64,000 nucleotides of DNA from Chrysomallon squamiferum (taxonomy: Eukaryota; Animalia; Mollusca). Of this stretch, positions 40,826 to 52,944 are shown one piece after another. The notes beneath the pieces are model-generated. The model did not search any database. It was not told where the DNA came from and saw nothing but the letters and a program-made list of their open reading frames with translations. Each line of letters begins with the position of its first letter. Position 1 is the stretch's first letter. The DNA is taken from NCBI GenBank assembly GCA_012295275.1, contig CM022665.1, positions 3,968,001 through 4,032,000 of the forward strand, written 5' to 3'. The translations under genes were made by a program, and so were the position numbers.

Positions 40826-41678
40826 ACGAAGAAATTATTGGAACTGTTTTTCTTCGTGACTAAATTAAAGCTATTTATTTATCACCGAGTAACTTAACAA
40901 TGACATTTCGTATGTAGCTATTTCCTCTATTGTTGTGTTTTTATCACTACGGTTTATTACGCTTAATATGCATGTGTTGTTATGGAGATAGCCAAATATT
41001 TACTCCTCTTGATCTGAAAAGTCCTCAAGGGATTACAAAATGTAATTTTCTGTAATAACTGAATGATGAAATATTTGATTTCACAATCAGTGAAAAAAAA
41101 ATCAAAAAAAAATCAAACACTAAACTGCATTTTGTATAACCAGAATTAACGTTTTTTTTAAAAAGGGCGAAGCCATGTAAGCTATCTACTTGATAGAGTC
41201 AGTGAACAGTTTCCCGTTCCATCCACTGCTCCAAATAGTAAAGATTTCTTTCAGTTCAGCAGATGACGTCAATGAGACAAACTCTTTAGTAATGTATACA
41301 TTTGAAATAATGAATTACATGTACTTCAACAACAAAATGAAAATCTTGTTTCTAATTTATATTATTCTTCAACTCCATCCATTTAAAATATTCCCTGAAC
41401 CTTTCAATACGACGGATGTATGTATAACTGTAAGTATGGGTGAATACAACATACCAACAAAACATTATTAAATATCGCAATTTGTCCGTATCACATTCTC
41501 TGCCTGAATATTGTTATTACAAAACTGCATAGGCGATACATTAAAAACTGACTCAAACCATATATTTTAGGCTTTTCATTTCATGTAAAGATCCCATATT
41601 AAAAAAAAAATAATAATAATAAATAAATTAATAAAAAAAAAAAAAAAAATAAAAAATCAGTAAATATATATAGCTTAC

Positions 41679-41779
41679 CATTTCCTGCAAAGGTTCCCAT
41701 TACATCAGCGTTAGGAAATTTTTCTAGAATGGCTAGCTTCATTTCAGTAAACTTCTGACCATACGTCGGTCAAACATAG
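41679..41779 (-). CDS. MIEN1/SELENOW2: SELENOW2/MIEN1-like selenoprotein, exon 2, with in-frame UGA (Sec) at 41772-41770
   Basis: attgcag|...|gtaagc, 101 nt, phase 2-1. (C)YV-U-PTYGQKFTEMKLAILEKFPNADVMGTFAGN; phases match exons 1 and 3. Confidence 0.92.
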
Positions 41780-41804
41780 CTGCAATAAAATAAAAATACG
41801 GAAC

Positions 41805-42998
41805 TGTTATAGATGCAGTGTCAGAATTCTAAGTCACGGTATCATAATCTTTACTCTGCAGTATCAGAATCTTAAAGATTTAGGGTCAGAATGTTAAAGA
41901 TGCAGTATCAGAGTGTTAAAGAGGCAGTATCAGAATGTTAAAGATACAGCATCAGAATGTTAAAGATTCAGTATCAGAATGTTAAAGATATAGTATCAGA
42001 ATGTTAATGATGCAGTATCAGAATGTTAATGATGCAGTATCAGAATGTTAAAGATACAGTATCAGAATGTTAAAGATGCAGTATCAGAATGTTAAAGATA
42101 CAGTATCAGAAGGTTAATGATGCAGTATCAGAATGTTAAAGATACACTATCAGAATTTCACTTGTATCATCAGTGAATACGTGATAACTTTCCGTAAAAG
42201 AATGCTAATGATGCAATATGAGATTAAAGATACAGTATTAGAATGTTAAAGATACAGTATCAGAATGTTAAAGATATAGTATCAGAATGTTAATGATGCA
42301 GTATTAGAATATTAAAAATACAGTATCAAAATGTTAAAGATACAATATCAGAATGTTAATGATGCAGTATCAGAATGTGAAAGATACAGTATCAGAATGT
42401 TAATGATGCAGTATCAGAATGTTAAAGATGCAGTATCAGAATGTGAAAGATACAGTATCCGAATGCTAATGATTCAGTACGAGATTAAAGATACAGTATC
42501 AGAATGTTAATGATGCAGTATCAGAATGTTAAAGATACAGTATCAGAATGTTAATGATGCAGTATCAGAATGTTAATGATGCAGTATCAGTGTTAAAGAT
42601 ACAACTGATAAAGATACAGTATCAGAATGTTAAAGATACAGTATCAGAATGTTAAAGAGGCATTATCAGAATGTTAAAGATACATTTTCAGAATGTTAAA
42701 GATGCGGTATCAGAATGTTAATTATGCAGTATGAGATTAAAGATACAGTATCAGAATGTTAAAGATACATTTTCAGAATGTTAAAGATGCGGTATCAGAA
42801 TGTTAATTATGCAGTATGAGATTAAAGATACAGTATCAGAATGTTAAAGATACAGTATCAGAATGTTAAAGATACAATATCAGAAGGTTAATGATGCAGT
42901 ATCGAAATATTAAAGATACAGTATCAGAATGTTAAAGATACAATATCAGAATTTCACTTGTGTCATCAATGAATACGTGATAACTTTCCGTAAAAGAA
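41805..42998. repeat. 22-bp minisatellite (~50 copies), consensus AGTATCAGAATGTTAAAGATAC / ...TTAATGATGC
   Basis: Directly visible tandem units. A ~47-bp non-unit block (tttcacttg...ccgtaaaagaa) occurs twice, at 42156-42202 and 42952-42998. Confidence 0.97.
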
Positions 42999-43530
42999 AG
43001 CAATCGTCATGATTCAATAAAACTTCAGCCATCTTCATATAAAAGTACTAACAAAATAATAGTCGTTATGGTATTTATGATTACGAATTATTGTTGTGAC
43101 ATCTTAATACATTTTTGTGTTATGATTAAATATTATGCTAGCTTTTCTGCAGTTTTCTTTACTACACTTTGGTTTGCTTTTTCTTTCTTTTCTTCTTCTC
43201 ATTTTTTTTTTTTTTTTTTTTTTTTTAGCATAGATTAATTTTGCATTATATTGCTGTGATTTACTTTTGTTTTGTTTTTGGTCTTTATTTTTTTAATTTA
43301 TTTTTTTATTTCTTTATTTCCTTTCCTCTTTTCAATTTTGTATTTTATTTTATTCATTCACTCTTTTTATTTATTTATTTATTTATTTATAACTTTAACA
43401 CTTTGTATTTTATTTATAATCTTTTCTTTATTTCTGCCTATGACAAACAGCAAACTCTTCTTAATGCGGTTTAAAGCAGCAACTAATTATACATATTACA
43501 TCTTACTTTCACCCACCTACAACTCAACGT

Positions 43531-43570
<40 letters not shown>

Positions 43571-44521
43571 CTCGGTGGTCATTCCCGAATCATATAACGG
43601 GTGAGTGTGTGGAGGGTCACCTTAACGAATGCACTTAGAGCTTTTCTTTTATCTCGTACTATCACGCAGTATTTTTCTATGTCCAGTGATCATTAGGAGG
43701 TTTACATGGATAATGATATGCCAAATGAGACACGGTAAAGTATAAGATAAGTAGAAGTTTTCCTCTAGAACTAAACAACGGACTGAATTAAGAATATACA
43801 TCGGTATTTCATCGGTGTTAGGAAAAAATCACAAGCGAAAGGAAAACTGATATTTTAGTGAGGTTTTTGTTGTTGTTGTTGTTGCTGCTGTTTTATGGGG
43901 GGGTCTTATATTGTAAGTGTCTAGTAATTTTTTTTTTTTTAACAGTTTCTTCGGAATCTTATTGTTATGGTTGTTGTTAATATTATTATTGTTGATTTTT
44001 TTTTTTTTATCATAACTGTAGGTGTTGTTATTATTGTATTATTATTACTGTTATTATTGTTGTTGTTGTTACTGTCATTGTATTGTTATTATTATTATTA
44101 TTATTGTTACTATTATCACCATCACTGTTATCATCATCATCATCATTATCATCATCATTACCACCACAATCATCGTCATCATCATCATCATCGCATCATC
44201 ATTATTATTATAATTGTTATTCTTGTTGTTGTCGTTGTCGTTGCTGCTATTATTTCTGCATCGATTAAAGTTCTGCTCTCGTCGTTACACGAAAGAGATA
44301 AATGCTGCGAGACATTTGAAACCAAAAACATGCAACATAAGTCGATATATTGATGGAATAAATAGGCACTGAATTTTAACCGAATTGTTAGTTTTCCATT
44401 TTAAGAACTGTGCCTAATGGGTGGACAACTGTTAGTATTATTCTTTAAAATATTAAGCAATTTGTATTTATTTATTCATTCATTCATTCATTTTTTAAAT
44501 TTATTTATTTAACCATTCGTT

Positions 44522-44552
<31 letters not shown>

Positions 44553-46581
44553 TTATTTTTTAAATTTATTTTTAGAACTGCATGGACTTACAATGATTAA
44601 AAAAATAATATTCTTGGCAGCATAACGCAAATCTGATGTCAACCCTCTCTTTGCATTTCTGTTAACATACTTCGACTGAAAAGAACCGTTTTAATTTAAA
44701 AATAAATAAATAATAAATTCAGTAATAAAATTTCCGTATAGATTGGTTTATTATTTACTTTATTACTGTCACTGATTAAGAGTTTTACAAGAAAATATTG
44801 ATTTCTTTTTTCACTCGGAGTGCTCAATGTTTCAGTGAAAAAACTTAATGCTTTTCCATTAAGATTTGATGAGGCGTGCAAAGACAAATGTCATTTACCA
44901 GTCTAACAATGGCAAACAACGGAAGTATGGAAAAAACCTAACTCTTGGCACCAGGTTTAAACTGGTGCAAATTAGTTTTGTTTTTGTTAAAACTGGTTGA
45001 AAATGAATGTCTCTATAATAAAAAGTCTTCTCTACAGACTTTATTGTGTAGTAATAATGACATTATTTGTTTAGGTGGTAGTATTTCAAGGATAGATAAC
45101 TCAGTCGAAGAAAACAGCAATAAAAAGTGTCATGGCTGTTTTATCGTCTGCGCTTTATTAAAACATTAAAACCAACACTTTCTGATTCCATATTACTAGG
45201 GGGCATAAAATATGTACTTCCAGTGAAGTGTGGTTGGTAGAGAAATGATTAGACATTGTGTCTGAAGATTTAGAATCGAAAGGGCTGAGCTTGTTAACTG
45301 AGTACATTTCTCATTAAGTGAATTTGAAAAATCCATCAGTAGATTTAAAATCGTAAAAAGGTGTCAGCTTCATTTGAAACATTAAATAAAATAACGATAA
45401 TAATAAAAACAAAAATATCAAATTGTGCTGGGTTTTTTTTTGTTGTTTTGGGTTTTTTGAAAATATTTTGATGGAATTTTTTTTTTTTTTTTTTTTTATT
45501 TTTTTTTTTTAATATATTATTATTTTGTTTAATTATTATTATTATTATTATTTTTTTTTTTTTTTTTTGAATGCCTCTCTTGTTTGGTTGATGTTTACAA
45601 TTAAACTGAATACAGTTTACTTTTCAGAGTAAAAAAGCAAACGAACACACGGACAGAGGAAGGTTAAGATCAAACATATTAAAAATTAACATGGACCAAA
45701 TCTGTAAAAATCTAAAAATTTAAACTTGCCGTCACTTCCCACTTACGATTCCCTGTTACGATTACGGCAGACCTCTCTCTCAAACCACTTTTCGTCAAGG
45801 TGAGAGTAAATTTTACAGTTGCACCCATAACCATCCAAAACGAACAAATTTCGTCCAACCTAGCTAACATTTGCTACTGTACAATTTTTCTTTATATATA
45901 CTGTATGACATTTGTTTACATTGCTTTTGTGTCTGTGTATTGTTCTTTCATTATTATATTACTGTATTATGTAGCTGTTGTGTGTACTGAAGTTTAATGA
46001 TTCGGTAAATTTTAGGATTAATGTTTACATTCGCGATTTCCAGACTTTCTGCATTTTCCGGACCAGTGCTCCCTCTAATAGTCAGTGAAATCGATGGTAA
46101 ATAGTACTTAATAAAGTTTTTCATAATGTAATATTCCATGAAATACTCGTGACTTCCGTGATTAAACAAAAATATTTTCTTCAAGTACGAGAAATTAACA
46201 CTGCACAGATTTTGCGTGCAGCTGTTGAACCACTGCAGTTACATTTTTTTGTTTTCGGGAGTGTTGATGTTTGTCAAATATTTACTGCTGACAATACTAC
46301 ACAATAAAAAATAAATAGGAGATGAATAAATGACTTAAGCAAAGGACAACGAAGAAATGAAACTGAAATGCAGAGGAGAATGTTTTTTTTAAAAGTGTCG
46401 TAAAGTACTGACGTTTTGTTAGTAAAATGTTTACACTGAAAACCTGTTATTTACTTTACAAGAAGTACACTTAATGAACTAGAAACTGTAAAGGATATAA
46501 TTTTGAAAAGTATAGCGGTAGTTTTCTGCTAGAAGTTCTGGTTCTTTTAAAAATAAATAAATAGACAACTGATGGGGGGAG

Positions 46582-46649
<68 letters not shown>

Positions 46650-46714
46650 CAAATGAAATAATCAGTCACTCAATAAAACAGAGAGAGTAACAAGAAGTAT
46701 ATTTTAAAACTTAC

Positions 46715-46782
46715 CAGTATTCAATCTGTATGACAAAACAGCGCTTACACCTAAATTCGCTGTCTTCGTGTTCCGAATTCAT
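46715..46782 (-). CDS. MIEN1/SELENOW2: SELENOW2/MIEN1-like selenoprotein, first coding exon
   Basis: ATG at 46782, MNSEHEDSEFRCKRCFVIQIEY+TG|gtaagt, phase 2. IEYC is the Rdx beta1 motif (MIEN1 VEYC). An acceptor-like ttttttag at ~46794 suggests a 5'UTR exon upstream. Confidence 0.88.
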
Positions 46783-46799
46783 CACCGACAAACCTAAAA

Positions 46800-47240
46800 A
46801 AAACAATCCGGACAGTGGTCAGTATGGTCAGCTTGAGTTTCCAAACGGCCAAAAACAACCGGACTACTGAAAACTGCCGCTCAACGAGTCACCCTGGTCG
46901 TCAACTAATGAGTGAAACTTGACCTGTTGAGTAAAACGACCTGGCGTTGGCAGTGATCAGAAATCAATAAAACCAGCGATGGTGTTCGCCTAATTGTTCT
47001 TTCATACGTCTCACTATTGCTATTAGCACGTCGTCCTACCCACGTTTGTTTTTTTTTTTTTTTTTTTTACGTGATTACTAAGAAAGCCTTTCTAGGTAAA
47101 CGCAGAAGCGAACAGTTTGTGCAAGTTAATAATGCAGCGAGAGATTATTTATATCAGATTATTGTGTTGCTGATGACGAGAGGATAATTTGATACGGATC
47201 TGCGGGTGCTTTATCATCACCGTCTCTTTCCAGATTACTG
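46800..47240 (-). promoter_or_regulatory. Probable promoter/5'UTR region of the selenoprotein gene
   Basis: GC/CpG-elevated complex sequence immediately upstream of the ATG exon; TSS not located. Confidence 0.4.
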
Positions 47241-47659
47241 TATATATTTCTCTCTATCCGTCGACTATTACATCTGTCTGTCTGTCTGTCTGTCTATCGA
47301 TCTATCTATCGAACTATTTACCTATCTAATCTATATCTCTCTTTCTCTCTATATGTCTACCTATCGTTAATATATATCTGTCGCTGTCCATTTATCTACA
47401 TCTCTCCGACTCTCTTCGTTAATCATTCATTTGTTTTCTAATTGTATATTTCTGTGTCTATGTAAATATATATCTATACGTGTGTCTGTGTCAGCTAGTC
47501 TTTCTAATACATTTTCCTCTTCCTTTCCCGTTCTCTCTGATCAGATATTTAATTCGACTGATAATTGTGGGTTTTATAGAACAAATCGAAATAAAACAGA
47601 AAACAAAATTAAAACAAGAGATTAAAAACGAAACCACCACTTAAAACTGAACAAACAAA

Positions 47660-47723
<64 letters not shown>

Positions 47724-49169
47724 CAAGGAAAATGAAGATAGTTTTGTTGATTTGTTTTAAACGGTTATCTTTCATCGGATAAATTATAGCAATATTTAAG
47801 GCAGCTATTGACAAAGATTACAGATAATTGTTGTCTTATATAACGATTACCAGCTTATCTTTGTCAAAAAATAACTCACATCCTGCAGGAAATACTCTGT
47901 GCATATAAAAACAAAATTAATCAGCTAAGCACTTTATATACATTATGAGTAAAACTCCCTTTTTTTTCAAAACGAATGTAGATTTAATTTTAAACTTAAA
48001 AAAATATGCAAAAAAACTATTGCTATAATTTACAGATTTCTTAATCGTTACAGATTTTTTAAATGATTATTTCCTTCTGGACATTGTGCAAGAAATGGAA
48101 CCAACTAATGATCAAGGACTGAAATCTGTAGATGACAAGAGGAACAAGTGTTTCAGTTCTTGACCTTCAGTTTATCATGTTCAGAGTCATGATAGAAAAG
48201 TCAAAAGAGACGCAGTAGACTTTCTTGTATTATGTGGGTTCTATTTTATGGCATATCAGAAATTTCGTGATTTTATAATTTAGCTATTATGTATAATTGA
48301 ATGTTTAAGAAAGTGGTATGAACGAGTAAATACGTACAAAAAGAGGCAGAATTATAATCAATAGCTTTGCCTTATTAAATAAATAAATTTTATGGGTGAT
48401 TTCATTCCTAATCAATAGAATGATACGGTCTTAAATATAATATATATATTTTTTTCTTTATATATATATATATATAAAAGAAAAAAGTTTTTATTTACGA
48501 TGATCTTCAACACGATCAGAATACAGACATTATTATTCTAAATATTTTTAGAAAGATTTTAGTAATAAGGCAAACACGTCATATTCGCATGGGTAAATAT
48601 AGGATTATGACTAAAAATCAAATGCAGAAAATGTCATGTGTGTTTTATTAAAGAAAAAATTAAAACAGAACAAAAGCAAAAAAATAAAAAATAAAAAAAT
48701 AAATAATGAACAAGATCTGAAGACGTTAATGAGAAAAAGATGATCTGGAAAAAAAATATTTCTTTTTATTTCGCATTGTTAACAATAATCTATACATTTT
48801 TTAAAAATAAAATGTTATTAAAGATGCCAGTTCGTGCTTTCGAGAAATCGTAATGATTTCTGTCACTGCAAATGCAGCCAGAAATTTCAGTTTTAATAAC
48901 CTCGTTTGTTTTGCTGTCGATAAAATGCGAAATTACACATATAATGCAAATCTATCTTACGTATTTTATAACCAAAAATCATTGGAAAATGTATTTCTGT
49001 GCCGTAGCCAGTCGGTCTGAGGTGTGGTTTGATACGAGGTGGGTAGAAGCATCGATACTACTTCCAAGTACAAACATCGTGTACTTTCCAGTAAAATTAT
49101 CACTGAGAGAAAACAAACTAATTTACAACTTAATTTAATCATTATTTATTTATTTACTTGTTTCTTTAT

Positions 49170-49200
<31 letters not shown>

Positions 49201-49365
49201 TGTTTTTTTTTTTTTTTTGGGGGGTATTTTTTAATAAACTGAAATCACACGACATAACGGCAAATCCGACAGCCATCTTAGTTTTCTTAAAATACGAACT
49301 GACATCAAAATGGCTGTTTGTTATTTTCGGTCATTGCACGTATCTAACAAGAAATTAAGAAATAT

Positions 49366-49396
<31 letters not shown>

Positions 49397-49907
49397 ATTT
49401 TTTTTTATTTTTGGGGTAAAATTATGGTTGTTTATGTTTTTTCCTCCAATGTTTTTCTTGAACAGGTGGGCTCGTTACCTAGCAACGGGTCCTTAAGCGA
49501 CGATTGCTTTGTTTTTATCTGTAATGTCACGTTGTTATTAGTTTATTGGCCTCTTAGTGAATGCTAACGCCCCAATATGAGAGTTAGTTTTTGTTTACCC
49601 AGCCATTTTAAAAAGCTGCGTTCTGAATGCGGTTTTCTTCTCTGAAATGTTTTGTCTCACCCGCCAAAGAATTTCTTCGATAAAACGCACACAGAATTAT
49701 TACGTAATGGACGTCATTTCGTATACTTTATATTTAAATTTTGTGATTTTTTTTTTTTTTATTTTTTTTTAATTTTATTTGTTTGTTTGTTTGTATTTTT
49801 ATTTGTTTATACTTTTACCCATTTATTAAAGTTTCTTTTTTTTTAGTTTTAGAAAGAGAAGAAATAAGCAGTGATAATAGGCAAAGAACTTCAATTCCAG
49901 TACTTCA

Positions 49908-49953
<46 letters not shown>

Positions 49954-50018
49954 TTATTATTATTTTAATTATTATTATTATTATCATTATTATTATTATT
50001 ATTATTATTTTAATTATT

Positions 50019-50049
<31 letters not shown>

Positions 50050-50861
50050 TTATTATTTTATCTGACTGAAAAAATATAAATCTTTTATTTTATATTTTAT
50101 TATTATCTAAATACGTTTAGTTACTTTAGTTTTCCTTATTATTATTATTTTAATGATCTTCTTTTAATGGAGTTACTTTATTTTTCTGGAGCATCTGTTC
50201 TTGTGGATCCATTTCACACAGACAAACCATGACCCGAGTACAAGACTAGATTTGTGTACTTTGTTCCAAACATAAACTGTGTTAATGCTTGTCTTCCTGG
50301 TTTTAAATTTGTTTTATTTTATAATTTTTTTTTTTTTAAGGGTTTGTTTACACAGAGCGATTTCCTGTAACAATCAATAATGTGTTTCTATGATTAATTC
50401 TATTATTGTCTCCGTTGCCGGCATGCAACTGTAACAACATTTTTGTTTTCGTGAATAATTACCAGACTTAGAATGACCTTTATAATGCTGCAGTTTCTAG
50501 TGCTGCTAAAAGTGTGTAAATACTGTAACGACAACAGCTACTACTACTACTACAACTATTACTACCTCTACCAGCACCGCATTTACCACTACTCTTCCTT
50601 CTACTGCTATTACTACTTCTACTGTTACTACAACGACCACTGCCACAGCAGTAACAACATCAATAGTAACAGAAGCAGTTTTGTAGCAGAAGTAGCCACT
50701 GTATCGATAATAAGAAGTGGTAATAATAGTAGTGGTGGATGTTGCTGCCATTGTTGTTATCTTTAAAAAAAAAAAAAAAAAAAAAAAAAGACTCAGTTAA
50801 TTATCCAGGCATTTTCCTGGATTTTAATATCAAATACTCAAAACGGAATATCTCTAGACGT

Positions 50862-51148
50862 AAGGAAGAAAGACATTTTTTATTTAACGACTCACTCATA
50901 TAACAACAGAGAAAACTCACGATGGTCTATTTTTTTTTTTTTTTTTTTTTTTTTTTTCGATTAACAACAAAGTAAAAAAAATATAAACCTTCCCGCAGAC
51001 AGGAAAGCTTTACCACGGTTTTTGATAAACTAGTTGTGGGGCACTGGTTGTCACGGGAAATAGCCAAGTGTGCACCCTGACAAAGAATGATCCTCCGACT
51101 TCTCAATTCTCAGTTTTGTACTCTAACCCATTCTGCGGTAACTCGCCC
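50862..51148 (-). mobile_element. Decayed tRNA-derived SINE, MetaSINE-like
   Basis: Minus-strand head GGGCGAGTT...TGGGTTAGAG (A-box-like) and GGATCATTC (B-box-like), core ACCAGTGCCCCACAACTAG...CCGTGGTA...CCTGTCTGCGGGAAGG, tail GAGTCGTTAAATAAAA...CTTCCTT. It resembles from memory an abundant gastropod SINE; no search was run. Confidence 0.6.
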
Positions 51149-51708
51149 AGATTAATCTGCAGAAATGAATGCAGAAATTTGTAGACAATGAATCAATGAA
51201 AATCTCATAAAGAGGCATAACTCTGTAAGTACTTGTTAATATCCTGCACAGTTTGTTTCCGTTGTACTTGTGCATTAATTTTATTTATTTATTTATTTAC
51301 GTATTATTATCATTATTTTTATTATTATTATTATTTATTTATTTATCTATTTATTTATTTATTTTTATACAGTGGCAAATTGATTTTTATTGTCGAAGCG
51401 AAATTATATGTCCATGATAATATTACCTCGTTAAACTTTGTTAGAATGAGCTAGTAATGTTGACTTTTAGTAAAAGGTGCAGACATGCGTCGCATGAAAA
51501 ATAACATTTAGCACGTGTAAATAATGACAGACAACGTGATAAACTAAAAACAGACTGAAACTATGAAGGAAGATATCAGCTGAAGGAACTGGACAGCTCA
51601 ACAGTACATATTACATTCCACCAACAAATTTGAAGACATCAGGATTATCCAATTGAAGAATGAATAAATGATGAATGTTTGTATAAGTCCTGCAATTTTT
51701 AAAGTAAT

Positions 51709-51745
<37 letters not shown>

Positions 51746-51755
51746 TAGTTTTAAT

Positions 51756-51788
<33 letters not shown>

Positions 51789-52360
51789 TGGTGGGTTATG
51801 GTTTTTCAAATTAATTTTTGTGTAATTATAATATGAGAATTGAAAATACGCCAAGAGCTAATATTAAAGATCAACAGCAAATTATTATATTTTATATACA
51901 CCTTCCCATAAACAGCACGTATTTTGAACTTCGATAAGCCAGAGACTGCTGCTCATGTTAAGAAATAGAACGATCACACAAATGAAATATGTTAATAAAA
52001 TGATAACAGAATATTTTTCAGTATTTATAAAACAAAACCTTTAATTTTTTAATATCTATATTGCTCTTGTTGCTTCACAAATTAAGACTGTAAATAAAAG
52101 ATTTGTCAAAATATCTGAACACAATTGGCAAAAATACACGCACAGTAAACTCTATAATCAGTAAAGTAACATTAACTTATAAAGTCATCAATTAAAACAA
52201 CTATCTAAAACAAAACCACTTCGTTTGAACTGCATCAAATAAACTGTACTTCATAGGATGGCGTAATTTTACGATTTCAGAACAAAATGACATTTCATGC
52301 AGTGACTTAGTTTTATGTAATCGATATTTCATGCAATGTAAATTTCACATAAATCACAGG

Positions 52361-52625
52361 CTACATCACAACATGACGTAATTTAAACTCTTTCGGATAA
52401 ATGATACCTCACAACATGACGTAATTTCGACAGTTTCCGATAAATAATACTTCACGGTATGACGTCATTTATTGTTTTTAAAATAAATAATACTTCACAA
52501 CATGATGTTATTTATGATTTTTCAGCTAAATGATACTTCACAATATGACGTCATTTAATGTTTCAGATAAAAGATACTTCATAAGAAGGCGAAATTTCAA
52601 ATGTTTTAAAATAAATGACACTTCA
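52361..52625. repeat. 43-bp degenerate tandem repeat (~6 copies, plus a decayed copy near 52250)
   Basis: Unit ~ATACTTCACAACATGACGTMATTT....TTTC.GATAAATG; TGA cores at 52374, 52417, 52460, 52503 and 52546 (43-bp period). Confidence 0.9.
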
Positions 52626-52913
52626 AAAAAACACAGTATGTTTTAAGCTATAAAACTCTACAATAAAAAGCGGTTTTGAAACTCTCTTCATTTAAAGTAA
52701 AAATAATTTCATATTATTTTTAAAAAATGGGCCAAATGTGCCGCTTCCCTTTTGACCTTTCCTATATTTATTTTTAACGCTCAGTGTTTTCCGAAAACAA
52801 ATTTCTTAATAGTTCTGGCCAGTCGATCACTGTCTTGTTAAAAACATATTTTGTCTTTTTTTTTTTTTTTTTTTTTTTTTTAATGTTTTCAAAGGTTTTG
52901 AAAACTGGCGTTA

Positions 52914-52944
<31 letters not shown>

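Noticed and set aside
41770-41772. Selenoprotein gene read as a pseudogene because of the in-frame TGA
   Set aside because: The TGA aligns with the redox Cys/Sec position, the downstream frame and splice sites are intact, and a SECIS is present.
41805-42998. CRISPR-like array (22-bp repeats)
   Set aside because: Units are directly head-to-tail with no unique spacers, no cas genes are present, and the context is a eukaryotic intron. It is a minisatellite.
43967-44353. His/Tyr/Leu-rich 128-aa ORF and similar poly-F/I/Y/K ORFs throughout the track
   Set aside because: They derive from trinucleotide and homopolymer tracts, with no splice or homology support.
45700-45840. Alternative first exon of the selenoprotein (minus-strand gtaagt donor near 45746)
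   Set aside because: The upstream ATG frame ends in phase 1, incompatible with the phase-2 Sec exon, and lacks the IEYC motif.
52361-52625. CRISPR-like array (conserved core with variable gaps)
   Set aside because: The gaps are homologous to each other and the cores are not identical; it is a degenerate 43-bp tandem repeat.
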